Source of the DNA: an uncultured Planctomycetales bacterium
GTDB lineage: Bacteria; Planctomycetota; UBA1135
Reading direction: 5' to 3'
NCBI GenBank assembly: GCA_964342475.1
Contig: CAYFGE010000015.1
Span: 1,363-65,362 of the forward strand
DNA length: 64,000 bases
Positions 53,601 through 59,801 of this stretch are shown one piece after another (the first letter of the stretch is position 1; each line of letters starts with the position of its first letter). A program made the position numbers and the translations under genes. The notes below the pieces were generated by a model. It ran no database searches. It was not told the DNA's origin and saw only the letters and a program-made list of their open reading frames with translations.

Positions 53601-55550
53601 GTGCTCCAGTTCCAGGTGGGCCAGCACGCCGGCACCGGCTGGGTGCAGTTCGAGCTGGTCGGTGCGGTGCCGGGCGACTACCGCGTGCTGCCGGTGGCGC
53701 TGCGCAGCGCCTACCGTCCGGACCTCCTGGCGCTGTCGGCCCCGCGTGACTTCGCCGTGCTCGATCGCGGCGCGGCCCCGCCCGACGAGTACCGTCCGAC
53801 GCCGGACGAGCTGTTCCACCTCGGCCAGGCGCGCTTCCAGGACGGCGACGCCGAAGGGGCGTGGAGCGCCCTGCGCGCGCTGGCCGACGAGTGGAGCGCC
53901 GAGCTGCGCAGCGACCGGCTGCGCGAGGCGGCCACCAGCCTGCTCTACCTGGCGGTGGACCGCGACGACCCCGCCGCCATCGTGCGCTTCTTCGAGGTCC
54001 TCAAGGAGAAGGATCCCGAGCTGACGGTGAGCTTCGAGCGCGTGCTGGCCATCGGCCGCGCCTATCGGCGCCTCGAGGAGCTCGAGCGCGCGCTGCTCAT
54101 CTTCCGCGCCGTGGTCGAGGAGACCTTCGGCAAGGACCTCAAGGTGGCCGGCGCGCTGGCCGGCAACCGGGAGACGGCGGAGTCCTTCGCCGTGCTCCAC
54201 CGCCTGTGGAGCGAGTACCCCGACCTGCCGGTGGTGGTCGAGGCCGAGCTCGCGCTGAGCGACCAGCTGCTGGTCGCGGCGCGCACCGCGCGGCAGGACC
54301 CGAGCCTGAAGCGCGCCGGCCTGGGGCGCACCCAGCTCAGCATGCGCGGCATCGGCGTGCTGCGCACCTTCCTCGCCCTCTACGGGGACGACCCGCTGGC
54401 GGCCGATGCCGGCCTCAACCTGGTCAGCGCCTTCCTCGAGCTGGAGGACTACGAGACCACCTCGGCGCTGGCCGGCGAGCTGGCCGGGCGCTTCACCCGG
54501 CCCGAGTTCACCGACGCCTTCCTCTACACGCGGGCGGTGGCCGAGTGGTCGCTGGGCCGCGAGGACGAGGCCGTGCGCCTGCTCGAGGGCATCGCCGCGG
54601 CCGAGTACCCCGACGAGCGCGGCGTGGCGCGGCCGTCGCCGAACCGTGACCTGGCGCTCTACATCCTCGGGCAGGTCTTCCACGCGCGCCGCGACGTGGC
54701 GCGCGCCGCGGAGTACTACGCCCGCGTGGAGCAGCAGTTCCGCGACGCCCGCGAGACCCTGCTCGACCTGCGCGAGAAGCGCATCGGGCTGCCCGAGGTG
54801 ACCACCGCCCGCCCCGGCGAGCCGGTGCGCCTCGAGCTGGAGTTCCGCAACGTGGCGAAGGCCGACGTCCTGGTCTACGCCGTGGACCTGATGACCCTCT
54901 ACCTGCGCGAGAAGGACCTGTCCCGCGTGACCGAGGTCAACCTGGCCGGCATCGCGCCGAAGCTGCGGCGCACCGTCGAGCTGGGCGGCGGCGGCGACCT
55001 GCTGCCGCGCACCCACGCCCTCGACCTCGCGCTGGAGGACCCGGGCGCCTACCTGGTCATCTGCCGCGGCGACGAGCTGCACGCCTCGGGCCTGGTCCTG
55101 GTCAGCGAGCTCGACCTGCGCGTGAAGGAGGACCCGCAGGCCGGTTCCCTCCGGGTGCAGGCTCTGGCCCGTTCGGACCAGCGCTTCCTGCGCGACGTGG
55201 ACGTGCGCGTGGTCGGCTCGGCCAGCGGCGAGTTCCGCATCGGGCAGACCGATCCGCGCGGCGTCTTCGTGGCCGACGGCGTCAGCGGCGCGGCGACCGT
55301 GATCGCCAAGATGGAAGGCGGCCACTACGCCTTCTTCCGCGGCGAGACCCTGCTGGCGATGGCCCAGGGCCAGCGGCTGGAGAGCAAGGACATGCCGCAG
55401 CAGTCGCTCGAGCCGGGCGGCGGCGGCGGGGACGGCTACCTGAGCAACGTCTTCCTGCTCAACGACAACAACCAGGCCGAGCGCCAGCAGCGCTACAAGC
55501 AGGCGGTCGAGGCCGACCGCAAGGGGGTGCAGGTCAAGGCCGTGAAGTGA
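47613..55550 (+). CDS. 2645-aa secreted TPR / alpha-2-macroglobulin-like / TPR fusion protein
   Basis: GGAG lies 7 nt upstream of the ATG; signal MRSQPLFATLALLLPLLAPPLAAAPAQ. The A2M hallmarks are TDRPAYRPGDEVSWRAVL, FTVAEYQLPRVRL, VGVVDATLYDL, TAFWSAAVQTGADGRARISFAVPEVSTKWRITARGV and a TED-like AAQRPDGAWAW. Long helical-repeat blocks flank the core on both sides. Confidence 0.8.
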   Translation: MRSQPLFATLALLLPLLAPPLAAAPAQEPSGETQVASLEGLPVIPEVLRQALLHGRHDEAERLLDGFLREEPELAGLWTYLGGLNQERAGDWQEALVRFRRVETEHADGLWAAKARFHRAEAHRRLGQWAEAERIWEEAASALRAPERQSELAAVYLRIADSLSVEPEGAQPDAGLDPARAANLYAQVLELEAPAADREKARFRFAQCMEQLGNWVAAVQGWERYLGEFGEDGARAHEARYRLGNALLLSDRAADARRVFEDLVDALAAAADAVRAAHPDLAGDAAFAVAQTYGPGEARAAIDALGRFLSAHPAHRHAPAAAFETGQRAFASGWDEEAIAAFDAFLARAPRVTEVEEEREKEAALRQTALFRKGEALWRQDRLEAAVATFTDYTRRHPNGPDWGAAQQGIVDASYQIGVVQRRAEEYDAARATWEAFLVAYPLDPRARQILLDLGELHVEEVMDLPEDDPRRPAGFRAAIEQWRRLSEKYPGSDEASTALFRVGEVLEKELLDLEAAIQAYRACDFGWWAGTARERLVVMTRPHLSIETTRTWRSDEPATLRADLRNIDSLLVQVYPLDLEAYFRKHLTHRRVEDLDLDLIAPEHEFEYLVEDARDYLPLERTIDLGVEGPGVWAVAVSAGNLRATTLVVRSDVDVVLKSSRREVFVYAQDMRLDEPAAGVDVLLALPGADGGPPEFHELETGADGVARLALDRLREVDWLRLFAVRDGHCAAEGLGLNGLGLAQGLSARGVAYTDRPAYRPGDEVSWRAVLRHVEAGSYAVKEGSRVEWSVLDARGRTIRRGEAPLSAFGTVAGGFRLPERAPVGDYQLVLRAAEELAVAGRFTVAEYQLPRVRLSLEAERDVVFRGEEVVLSVRAAWAYGEPVAGARLQLALPDGRREQLVTDAEGAAEFRFPTRELAQETSLFFHAALPEEGAEARTAVWLATRGFSALVQVRRDVVLAGESFPVSVTTTSPAGEPVARKMSLEVVRRTAERGRVVETRVSRQDFDTSVELGRAELAVSVADGGDYLLRAFGTDRFGNTVFAERTLFVSGAEDEVRLRLLVDDAELEVGETLRANLHNRAGAGLALLTFEGEEILGYRIVRLGGGENALALEVGHEHFPNFTVSAAMMRGNEFFTARADFEVRRELRVRVEPEKQVYAPGEQAWADVVVTDQLGRPVEAEVSVGVVDATLYDLYRDRTPALRGWFETGTHRDAALRTSTTCTFRYDGVTREISQAVLDEAERLAELVESETLLRDALEELDKSASRELAFRGPGDTVPPGARLAPAAPGTAAPNAPAETRGRLRQLGYVADEGLESGAWNDSVGIGGGAGGLRGGRGGRAGKAGPPEGTPAVTAFWSAAVQTGADGRARISFAVPEVSTKWRITARGVGHGTLLGEQREVFTSRTEFFVELRAPRALVEGDRPRLVARLHNLSGLAGQASVLLRAYEGEDATTMALESIEIGAGGVAELTLPALEPVQAGAPLVLILEAEADYGDSRLRDAVTLRLPVRPWGVEVADAASGLLTDRTTLELELPQGAGRHPSLELFVGHGIDRLLLTEALGQSFPYRRIGWGGPATLADLSSELFGVATLLQQLEAAGGRDLAEARELRARGESLAAAVIAAQRPDGAWAWASLDAEPSAESTAAAMLALARAKRAGLSVPPPTVDAGLARLDADFRAAREQALELKAMLVHAQAAHGRDDFAAANRLHRSRASLSPAGLAHTALALVEMERRPMAAELAAPLAALLEAGRGGCPVEDNLAWNRSPLEMTALALLALQASTPEHPAAAAAAEHLLARRPWFPPRARGWAVAALAEHQGEVVPATGRLEVAVRVGGGAEQVLALGPEAPELSLEELLPEGSRSVRVELAVRGRGAAHFAAVLRGFTDRVEERKENDFVITRADFLAAAPRHAGRAVPTGFGVLNDGRQRWSNTLSALPQGATGRMEVQYYRGVRRDDPPEERDYLLLEVPLPAGTRVLRETVTGRFQSWEERDGVLQFQVGQHAGTGWVQFELVGAVPGDYRVLPVALRSAYRPDLLALSAPRDFAVLDRGAAPPDEYRPTPDELFHLGQARFQDGDAEGAWSALRALADEWSAELRSDRLREAATSLLYLAVDRDDPAAIVRFFEVLKEKDPELTVSFERVLAIGRAYRRLEELERALLIFRAVVEETFGKDLKVAGALAGNRETAESFAVLHRLWSEYPDLPVVVEAELALSDQLLVAARTARQDPSLKRAGLGRTQLSMRGIGVLRTFLALYGDDPLAADAGLNLVSAFLELEDYETTSALAGELAGRFTRPEFTDAFLYTRAVAEWSLGREDEAVRLLEGIAAAEYPDERGVARPSPNRDLALYILGQVFHARRDVARAAEYYARVEQQFRDARETLLDLREKRIGLPEVTTARPGEPVRLELEFRNVAKADVLVYAVDLMTLYLREKDLSRVTEVNLAGIAPKLRRTVELGGGGDLLPRTHALDLALEDPGAYLVICRGDELHASGLVLVSELDLRVKEDPQAGSLRVQALARSDQRFLRDVDVRVVGSASGEFRIGQTDPRGVFVADGVSGAATVIAKMEGGHYAFFRGETLLAMAQGQRLESKDMPQQSLEPGGGGGDGYLSNVFLLNDNNQAERQQRYKQAVEADRKGVQVKAVK

Positions 55551-55563
55551 GCGGCCGGCTCAC
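55547..55563. terminator. compact hairpin spanning both stop codons of convergent genes
   Basis: GTGAGC-GGCCG-GCTCAC. The TGA of the plus-strand gene sits in the 5-prime arm, and the TCA (the minus-strand gene's TGA) sits in the 3-prime arm. Confidence 0.3.
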
Positions 55564-56663
55564 CAGTCGAGGTGCAGCCGGAACTGGAAGGTGTCGAGGG
55601 TTCCGTCGGGGCCCTCGGCGCCGGACCAGCCCCACTGCAGCTTGAGGTTCTCGGCCCAGTACCAGTTCAGCGCCAGCGAGAGCACCTCGAGGCTGCCGGC
55701 GGGGCCGAGGTCGAGGCGGGAGACGCGCGCGGCGAGCTCCCAGGCGCCGCCACCCTCGCCGAGCGGGGCGGCGGGCTCGACGCGGCCGAAGACGCCGCCG
55801 CCGCGCTCGTAGCCGCGCACCTCGCCGCTCAGCGTGTGGGCCAGCTGGACGTAGGCGCCGTCCAGCTCCGGCCCGCCGCCGCCGGGCGCGGAGACCCAGG
55901 CGCGTTGCCACTCGGCCTGCACGGAGGTGGCGCCGAGGACGGCCGCCGCTTCCAGGCCGAGCTGTTCGACCCGGTCGGCGGCGAAGGCGGCCGAGATCAT
56001 CTTCGGGGCGAGGTGCGCCTCGGGGCGTTCGTCCACCGCGAAGCCGCCGGGGTCGGGGTCGAGGTGACGGAAGGAGCCGCCGAAGTGCACGAGGCGGGCG
56101 CCGTCCTCCTCGTCGAGCGGCAGCCAGGTGACCCGGCCGCTGAGCGAGCGGTCGGCGGCGTCGCCCGAGTCCACCCCGAAGGCGTCGGAGTGGGTCTCGC
56201 GGAAGGCGCCGACGGCCCAGGTGCCGTCCGACCAGCGGTCGTGGAGCATCAGGCCGGCGTCGCGGGCCGGGCTGAGCGCGTTGGCCACCGAGCGCTCGAA
56301 GAAGGTGAAGCCGCTCGAGCTGCCGCGGTTCTCCAGACCGTAGGGCTGGCGGAAGTGGCCGAGGCGCAGCTCTCCCAGCGGACCCGTCTCCACCTCGAGG
56401 TAGAGGTCGCGCAGCTCGGCGCCGCTGTCCTGGCGGAAGTCGGCGCTGGCCCGCCAGTCGAGCAGTCCGGCGGCGCGGCCGCGCAGGTCGAGGCGGGAGC
56501 GCCGGACCTCGCCCGTGCCGCGTGCCCGGTCGAACTGCAGCTTGCCTCCCAGCCGCAGGCTCCATCCGCCGTCGGCGCTCCGCACCTCGAGCCCGCTCCC
56601 CGGCGCAGGCGCGGGCGCGGGTTCCTGCGGGGCGGGAGCCAGGGCGAGGAAGAGGGCGAACAC
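55560..56663 (-). CDS. phosphate-selective porin O/P-like outer-membrane beta-barrel (start uncertain)
   Basis: Beta-barrel pattern with LRLGGKLQFD, ELRLGHFRQPYGLEN and LSLALNWYWAENLKLQWGW, ending in ...FRLHLDW. The start given is GTG 56661-56663 (MFALFLALAPAP), which has no basic n-region. See the finding on this start. Confidence 0.65.
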   Translation of the reverse strand: MFALFLALAPAPQEPAPAPAPGSGLEVRSADGGWSLRLGGKLQFDRARGTGEVRRSRLDLRGRAAGLLDWRASADFRQDSGAELRDLYLEVETGPLGELRLGHFRQPYGLENRGSSSGFTFFERSVANALSPARDAGLMLHDRWSDGTWAVGAFRETHSDAFGVDSGDAADRSLSGRVTWLPLDEEDGARLVHFGGSFRHLDPDPGGFAVDERPEAHLAPKMISAAFAADRVEQLGLEAAAVLGATSVQAEWQRAWVSAPGGGGPELDGAYVQLAHTLSGEVRGYERGGGVFGRVEPAAPLGEGGGAWELAARVSRLDLGPAGSLEVLSLALNWYWAENLKLQWGWSGAEGPDGTLDTFQFRLHLDW

Positions 56664-56688
56664 GGCGCGGCATCCTATCCTGGTGCCG

Positions 56689-57504
56689 ATGCCGCGTTTC
56701 CGGCCAGCCCTCGCTCTCCTCCTCGTCCTCCTGTCCGCCGGCTGCATGGACCACGACCGCCCGTACGAGCTCATCGCCCACCGCGGCGCCTCGGCCGACG
56801 CCCCGGAGAACACGCTCGCCGCCTTCCGCCTCGCCTGGCAGCAGGGCGCCGACGCCATCGAGGGCGACTTCCGCCTCACCGCCGACGGCGAGCTGGTCTG
56901 CCTGCACGACCGCACGACGAAGCGCACCGCCGGCGCCGACCGCGCCGCCGCCGAGAGCACGCTCGAGCAGCTGCGCGAGCTGGAGTACGGCGCCTGGAAG
57001 GGTCCGGGCTGGCGCGGTGAGCCGCTGCCCACCCTGCTCGAGGTCATGCGCACCGTGCCGCGCCACGGGCGGATCTACGTCGAGCTGAAGGGCGGACCCG
57101 AGACGGTTCCAGCCGTGCGCGCCGCCCTCGGGCGCAGCGGACTGCGGGTGGACCAGGTCGTGGTGATCGCCTTCGACGCGCGCACGGTCGAGGAGTCGAA
57201 GCGCACCATGCCGCCGGTGAAGGCCTACTGGCTGACGGACTTCGAGCGCGAGGGCGAGGGCTGGAAGCCCGGCGCGGCGGAGGTCCTCGCCACGCTCGAG
57301 CGCTGCCTGGCCGACGGCCTCGACGCCGAGGGGCGGCCCGAGGCCCTCACCGAGGAGCTGCGCGCCGGCCTGCGCGAGCGCGGGCTGGACCTCGCAGCCT
57401 GGACCGTCGACGACGCCGCGCGCGCGCGCGAACTGATCGCCCTCGGCGTGACCGGGATCACCACCAACCGCCCCCAGGACCTGCGCGCCGCGCTCGAGGA
57501 CTGA
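56689..57504 (+). CDS. glycerophosphodiester phosphodiesterase (GDPD) lipoprotein
   Basis: Lipobox LVLLSAGC. The GDPD signature is ELIAHRGASADAPENTLAAF, followed by IEGDFRLTADGELVCLHD. Confidence 0.85.
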   Translation: MPRFRPALALLLVLLSAGCMDHDRPYELIAHRGASADAPENTLAAFRLAWQQGADAIEGDFRLTADGELVCLHDRTTKRTAGADRAAAESTLEQLRELEYGAWKGPGWRGEPLPTLLEVMRTVPRHGRIYVELKGGPETVPAVRAALGRSGLRVDQVVVIAFDARTVEESKRTMPPVKAYWLTDFEREGEGWKPGAAEVLATLERCLADGLDAEGRPEALTEELRAGLRERGLDLAAWTVDDAARARELIALGVTGITTNRPQDLRAALED

Positions 57505-57511
57505 ACCCGCC

Positions 57512-58507
57512 ATGGCCGACCGCTTCCTCGAGATCGTCGTCCCCGCCGACGGGAGGGCCGAGGCCGAGGAGCTGGTCGCCGCCGGCGCCACCTGGTCGTG
57601 GAGCCACCTCGAGGAGGACCGCGCGGTGCTGCGCTGCCTGGTCCCGGCCGAGAAGGTCGAGGCGGTGCTCGACCCGCTGCAGACCCGCTACGCCGGCGCC
57701 GCGGCCTTCCGCGCCGTGGTCTTCGCGGTCGAGGCCGCCCTGCCGCGGCCGCCCGCGCCCGAGCCCGCACCGGCCGAGGAGAAGCCGGCGCGCAGCCCGG
57801 CGCGGGTGGCCCGCGAGGAGCTCTACGCGGACCTCAGCGACCAGGTGAAGCCGACCGGGGTCTTCGTCGCCACCGTGGTGCTCTCGACCCTGGTCGCCGT
57901 GATCGGCCTCGGCCGCGACAACGTCGCCGTGGTGATCGGCGCGATGGTCATCGCGCCGCTGCTCGGCCCGAACATGGCCCTCGCGCTGGCCACCACCCTG
58001 GGCGACGCCGACCTGCTCAAACGCGCGCTGCGCACCAACCTCGGCGGCCTCGCGCTGGCCTTCGTGGTCGCCGCAGCGGCCGCCTTCCTGCCCTTCATCG
58101 ACACCGAGGCGGCCGAGGTGGCCGCGCGCACCCGGCCCGAGGTCAGCGACGTGTTGCTCGCCCTCGCCGCCGGCGCCGCCGGCGCCCTGGCCTTCACCTC
58201 CGGCGTCTCCGCCGTCCTGGTCGGGGTCATGGTGGCGGTGGCGCTGCTGCCGCCGCTGGTCACCCACGCCATGCTGCTGGTCCACGGCAAGCCGGGCGCC
58301 CTCGGCGCCCTGCTGCTGCTCGCGGTGAACGTGATCTGCGTGAACCTGGCCGGCGTGGCGGTCTTCCTGGCGCAGGGCATCCAGCCGCGGACCTGGTGGG
58401 AGGCCTCGCGCTCGCGCCGGAACGCGCGCCGCGCGCTGGTGATGTGGGTCGTCCTGCTCGCCGCCGCCGCCGGCCTGGTGGGGTGGTCCAGCCGGCTGGC
58501 CGGCTGA
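57512..58507 (+). CDS. DUF389 / TIGR00341-like membrane protein
   Basis: 331 aa. A soluble N-terminal domain is followed by a Gly/Ala-rich polytopic region (VIGAMVIAPLLGPNMALALA, LPPLVTHAMLLV), as I recall for DUF389. Confidence 0.7.
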   Translation: MADRFLEIVVPADGRAEAEELVAAGATWSWSHLEEDRAVLRCLVPAEKVEAVLDPLQTRYAGAAAFRAVVFAVEAALPRPPAPEPAPAEEKPARSPARVAREELYADLSDQVKPTGVFVATVVLSTLVAVIGLGRDNVAVVIGAMVIAPLLGPNMALALATTLGDADLLKRALRTNLGGLALAFVVAAAAAFLPFIDTEAAEVAARTRPEVSDVLLALAAGAAGALAFTSGVSAVLVGVMVAVALLPPLVTHAMLLVHGKPGALGALLLLAVNVICVNLAGVAVFLAQGIQPRTWWEASRSRRNARRALVMWVVLLAAAAGLVGWSSRLAG

Positions 58508-58515
58508 GCGCCCGG

Positions 58516-59016
58516 TCACTCCGAGGCGCTGCGGTCGCCGGGGAACCAGCCGAGCTGGCGCCGGATCTGGTCCTCGCCCCGCAGCGGGTCCGGTTCGCCG
58601 ATGCGGGTCAGCCAGATCTCGTGCCGCACGGCCATCGCCAAGTCGTCGAGGTCGCCGGCCTGGATCTCCACCAGGTCGTCCAGCGACACCAGCCCGCGCA
58701 GCTCGCCGTCCTCCACCACCGGCAGCTGGCGCACCTGGGCCGCCGCCATGCGCTCGACCACCTCGGCGAAGGACTGGTCCGGGCTGGCGCTGACCGGCGG
58801 GCAGCTCATCACCTCGGCCACGCGGGTCCGCTCGGGGCTGCGCTCCTCGGCGATCACGCGCATGGTGAGGTCGCCGTCGGTGAGCAGGCCGACGGCCCGC
58901 GGCCCCCGCGTGACCACGAGGCAGGAGTAGTTGCCGCGGGCCATGACGCGGGCGGCCTCGGCGGCCGAGGCCTCGGCCTCGACCGTGCCGAAGTGGGGGA
59001 GCGACCTAGCGGGCAT
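58516..59016 (-). CDS. CBS-domain pair protein
   Basis: I chose ATG 59014-59016; 166 aa. CBS-like repeats: CLVVTRGPRAVGLLTDGDL and LPVVEDGELRGLVSLDDL. Confidence 0.7.
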   Translation of the reverse strand: MPARSLPHFGTVEAEASAAEAARVMARGNYSCLVVTRGPRAVGLLTDGDLTMRVIAEERSPERTRVAEVMSCPPVSASPDQSFAEVVERMAAAQVRQLPVVEDGELRGLVSLDDLVEIQAGDLDDLAMAVRHEIWLTRIGEPDPLRGEDQIRRQLGWFPGDRSASE

Positions 59017-59491
59017 CGCCGAGCTCCCTCTCTCCGTCCGCCGCGGCCTCCCTGCGGTCGGGCGGCTTCGGCCGGCGGGAGCGCACCCGGCCGACCAGCC
59101 GGTCGAGGCGGCCCACCTCCGCCGCGAGCCGGCGGAAGAGGGTCTCGACGTCGAGCAGGCCGGCGAGGCGGCCGTCGGGGTCGACCACCACCAGCCAGCG
59201 GGTGCCGTGCTCGCGCATGCGCCGCGCACAGGCGGCGGCGGGGTGGCCGAGCGGGACGGTGACGATCGGGTCCTGGCACAGCTCCTCGAGCAGCACCTCG
59301 CGGGGGTCCCAGCCGCGGGCCAGCACGCGCGCGACCAGCGTGCGCTGCGTCACCAGGCCGACCGGCCGCTCGTCCTCGACCACGGCCACGGCCCGCTTCC
59401 CGTGGATCCGCATCCAGCGCGCCGCGTCCAGCGCCGTGGAGCGGAGGGTGAGCGCCGACGGCGAGGGGAAGGGCGAGGAAACGAGGGACAT
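59006..59491 (-). CDS. CBS-domain pair protein
   Basis: 161 aa with VAVVEDERPVGLVTQRTL and WLVVVDPDGRLAGLLDVETL. It overlaps the downstream CBS gene by 11 nt. Confidence 0.7.
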   Translation of the reverse strand: MSLVSSPFPSPSALTLRSTALDAARWMRIHGKRAVAVVEDERPVGLVTQRTLVARVLARGWDPREVLLEELCQDPIVTVPLGHPAAACARRMREHGTRWLVVVDPDGRLAGLLDVETLFRRLAAEVGRLDRLVGRVRSRRPKPPDRREAAADGERELGDAR

Positions 59492-59801
59492 GGGGCAGAC
59501 CCGCTCTGACTAGCTCATCTCCCCGGCCGACCAAGACGGCAAGGCGCGCGGCTTCGGGCGGGGAATCCCGGCCGTTTCCCGTCGACAACCGACAGCACAT
59601 TCCTAAGTTCCCGATACAGGCAATCGACTTGCGGGAATCAGCCAAAGCGCACTGCTTTATTCCGTCATAGGAAAGTCATGGATAGGGGGGGAGGGAATGG
59701 ACTTAGCGGCCGATAGGATCAGCGCCGAGGACGGACTCCCGCGAGGAGTGCGTCCTCGGAACCGCCGCCACGTTGAAAACGACCCCCGAGGCCTTTCAGC
59801 C

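Noticed and set aside
55275-55298. DGVSGAATV near the C-terminus of the giant protein resembles the ApbE flavinylation motif (D-x-x-S-G-A-T)
   Set aside because: It has an extra Ala relative to the motif. It lies in a beta-sandwich-like region rather than an FMN-binding domain, and it is 30 kb from the ApbE gene. This is probably coincidence.
47448-55325. 2625-codon open reading frame on the minus strand, exactly antisense to the giant A2M-like gene
   Set aside because: This is a shadow ORF typical of very GC-rich DNA, where stop codons are rare on the antisense strand of real genes. Its translation is Arg/Ala/Gly/Pro low-complexity with no recognisable motifs or signal. The plus-strand frame has a signal peptide, A2M motifs and G/C-rich third positions.
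56664-56747. In-frame ATG at 56747 as the start of the phosphate porin
   Set aside because: It would overlap the divergent GDPD gene by 59 nt. The overlap would use several rare codons (aga, aaa, ata, gga) and give a 27-residue poly-Arg n-region.
55534-57591. 685-codon minus-strand ORF spanning the porin, GDPD and the start of DUF389
   Set aside because: It is an Arg/Pro/Ala-rich shadow frame. The porin (another minus frame) and GDPD (plus strand) have clear family motifs.
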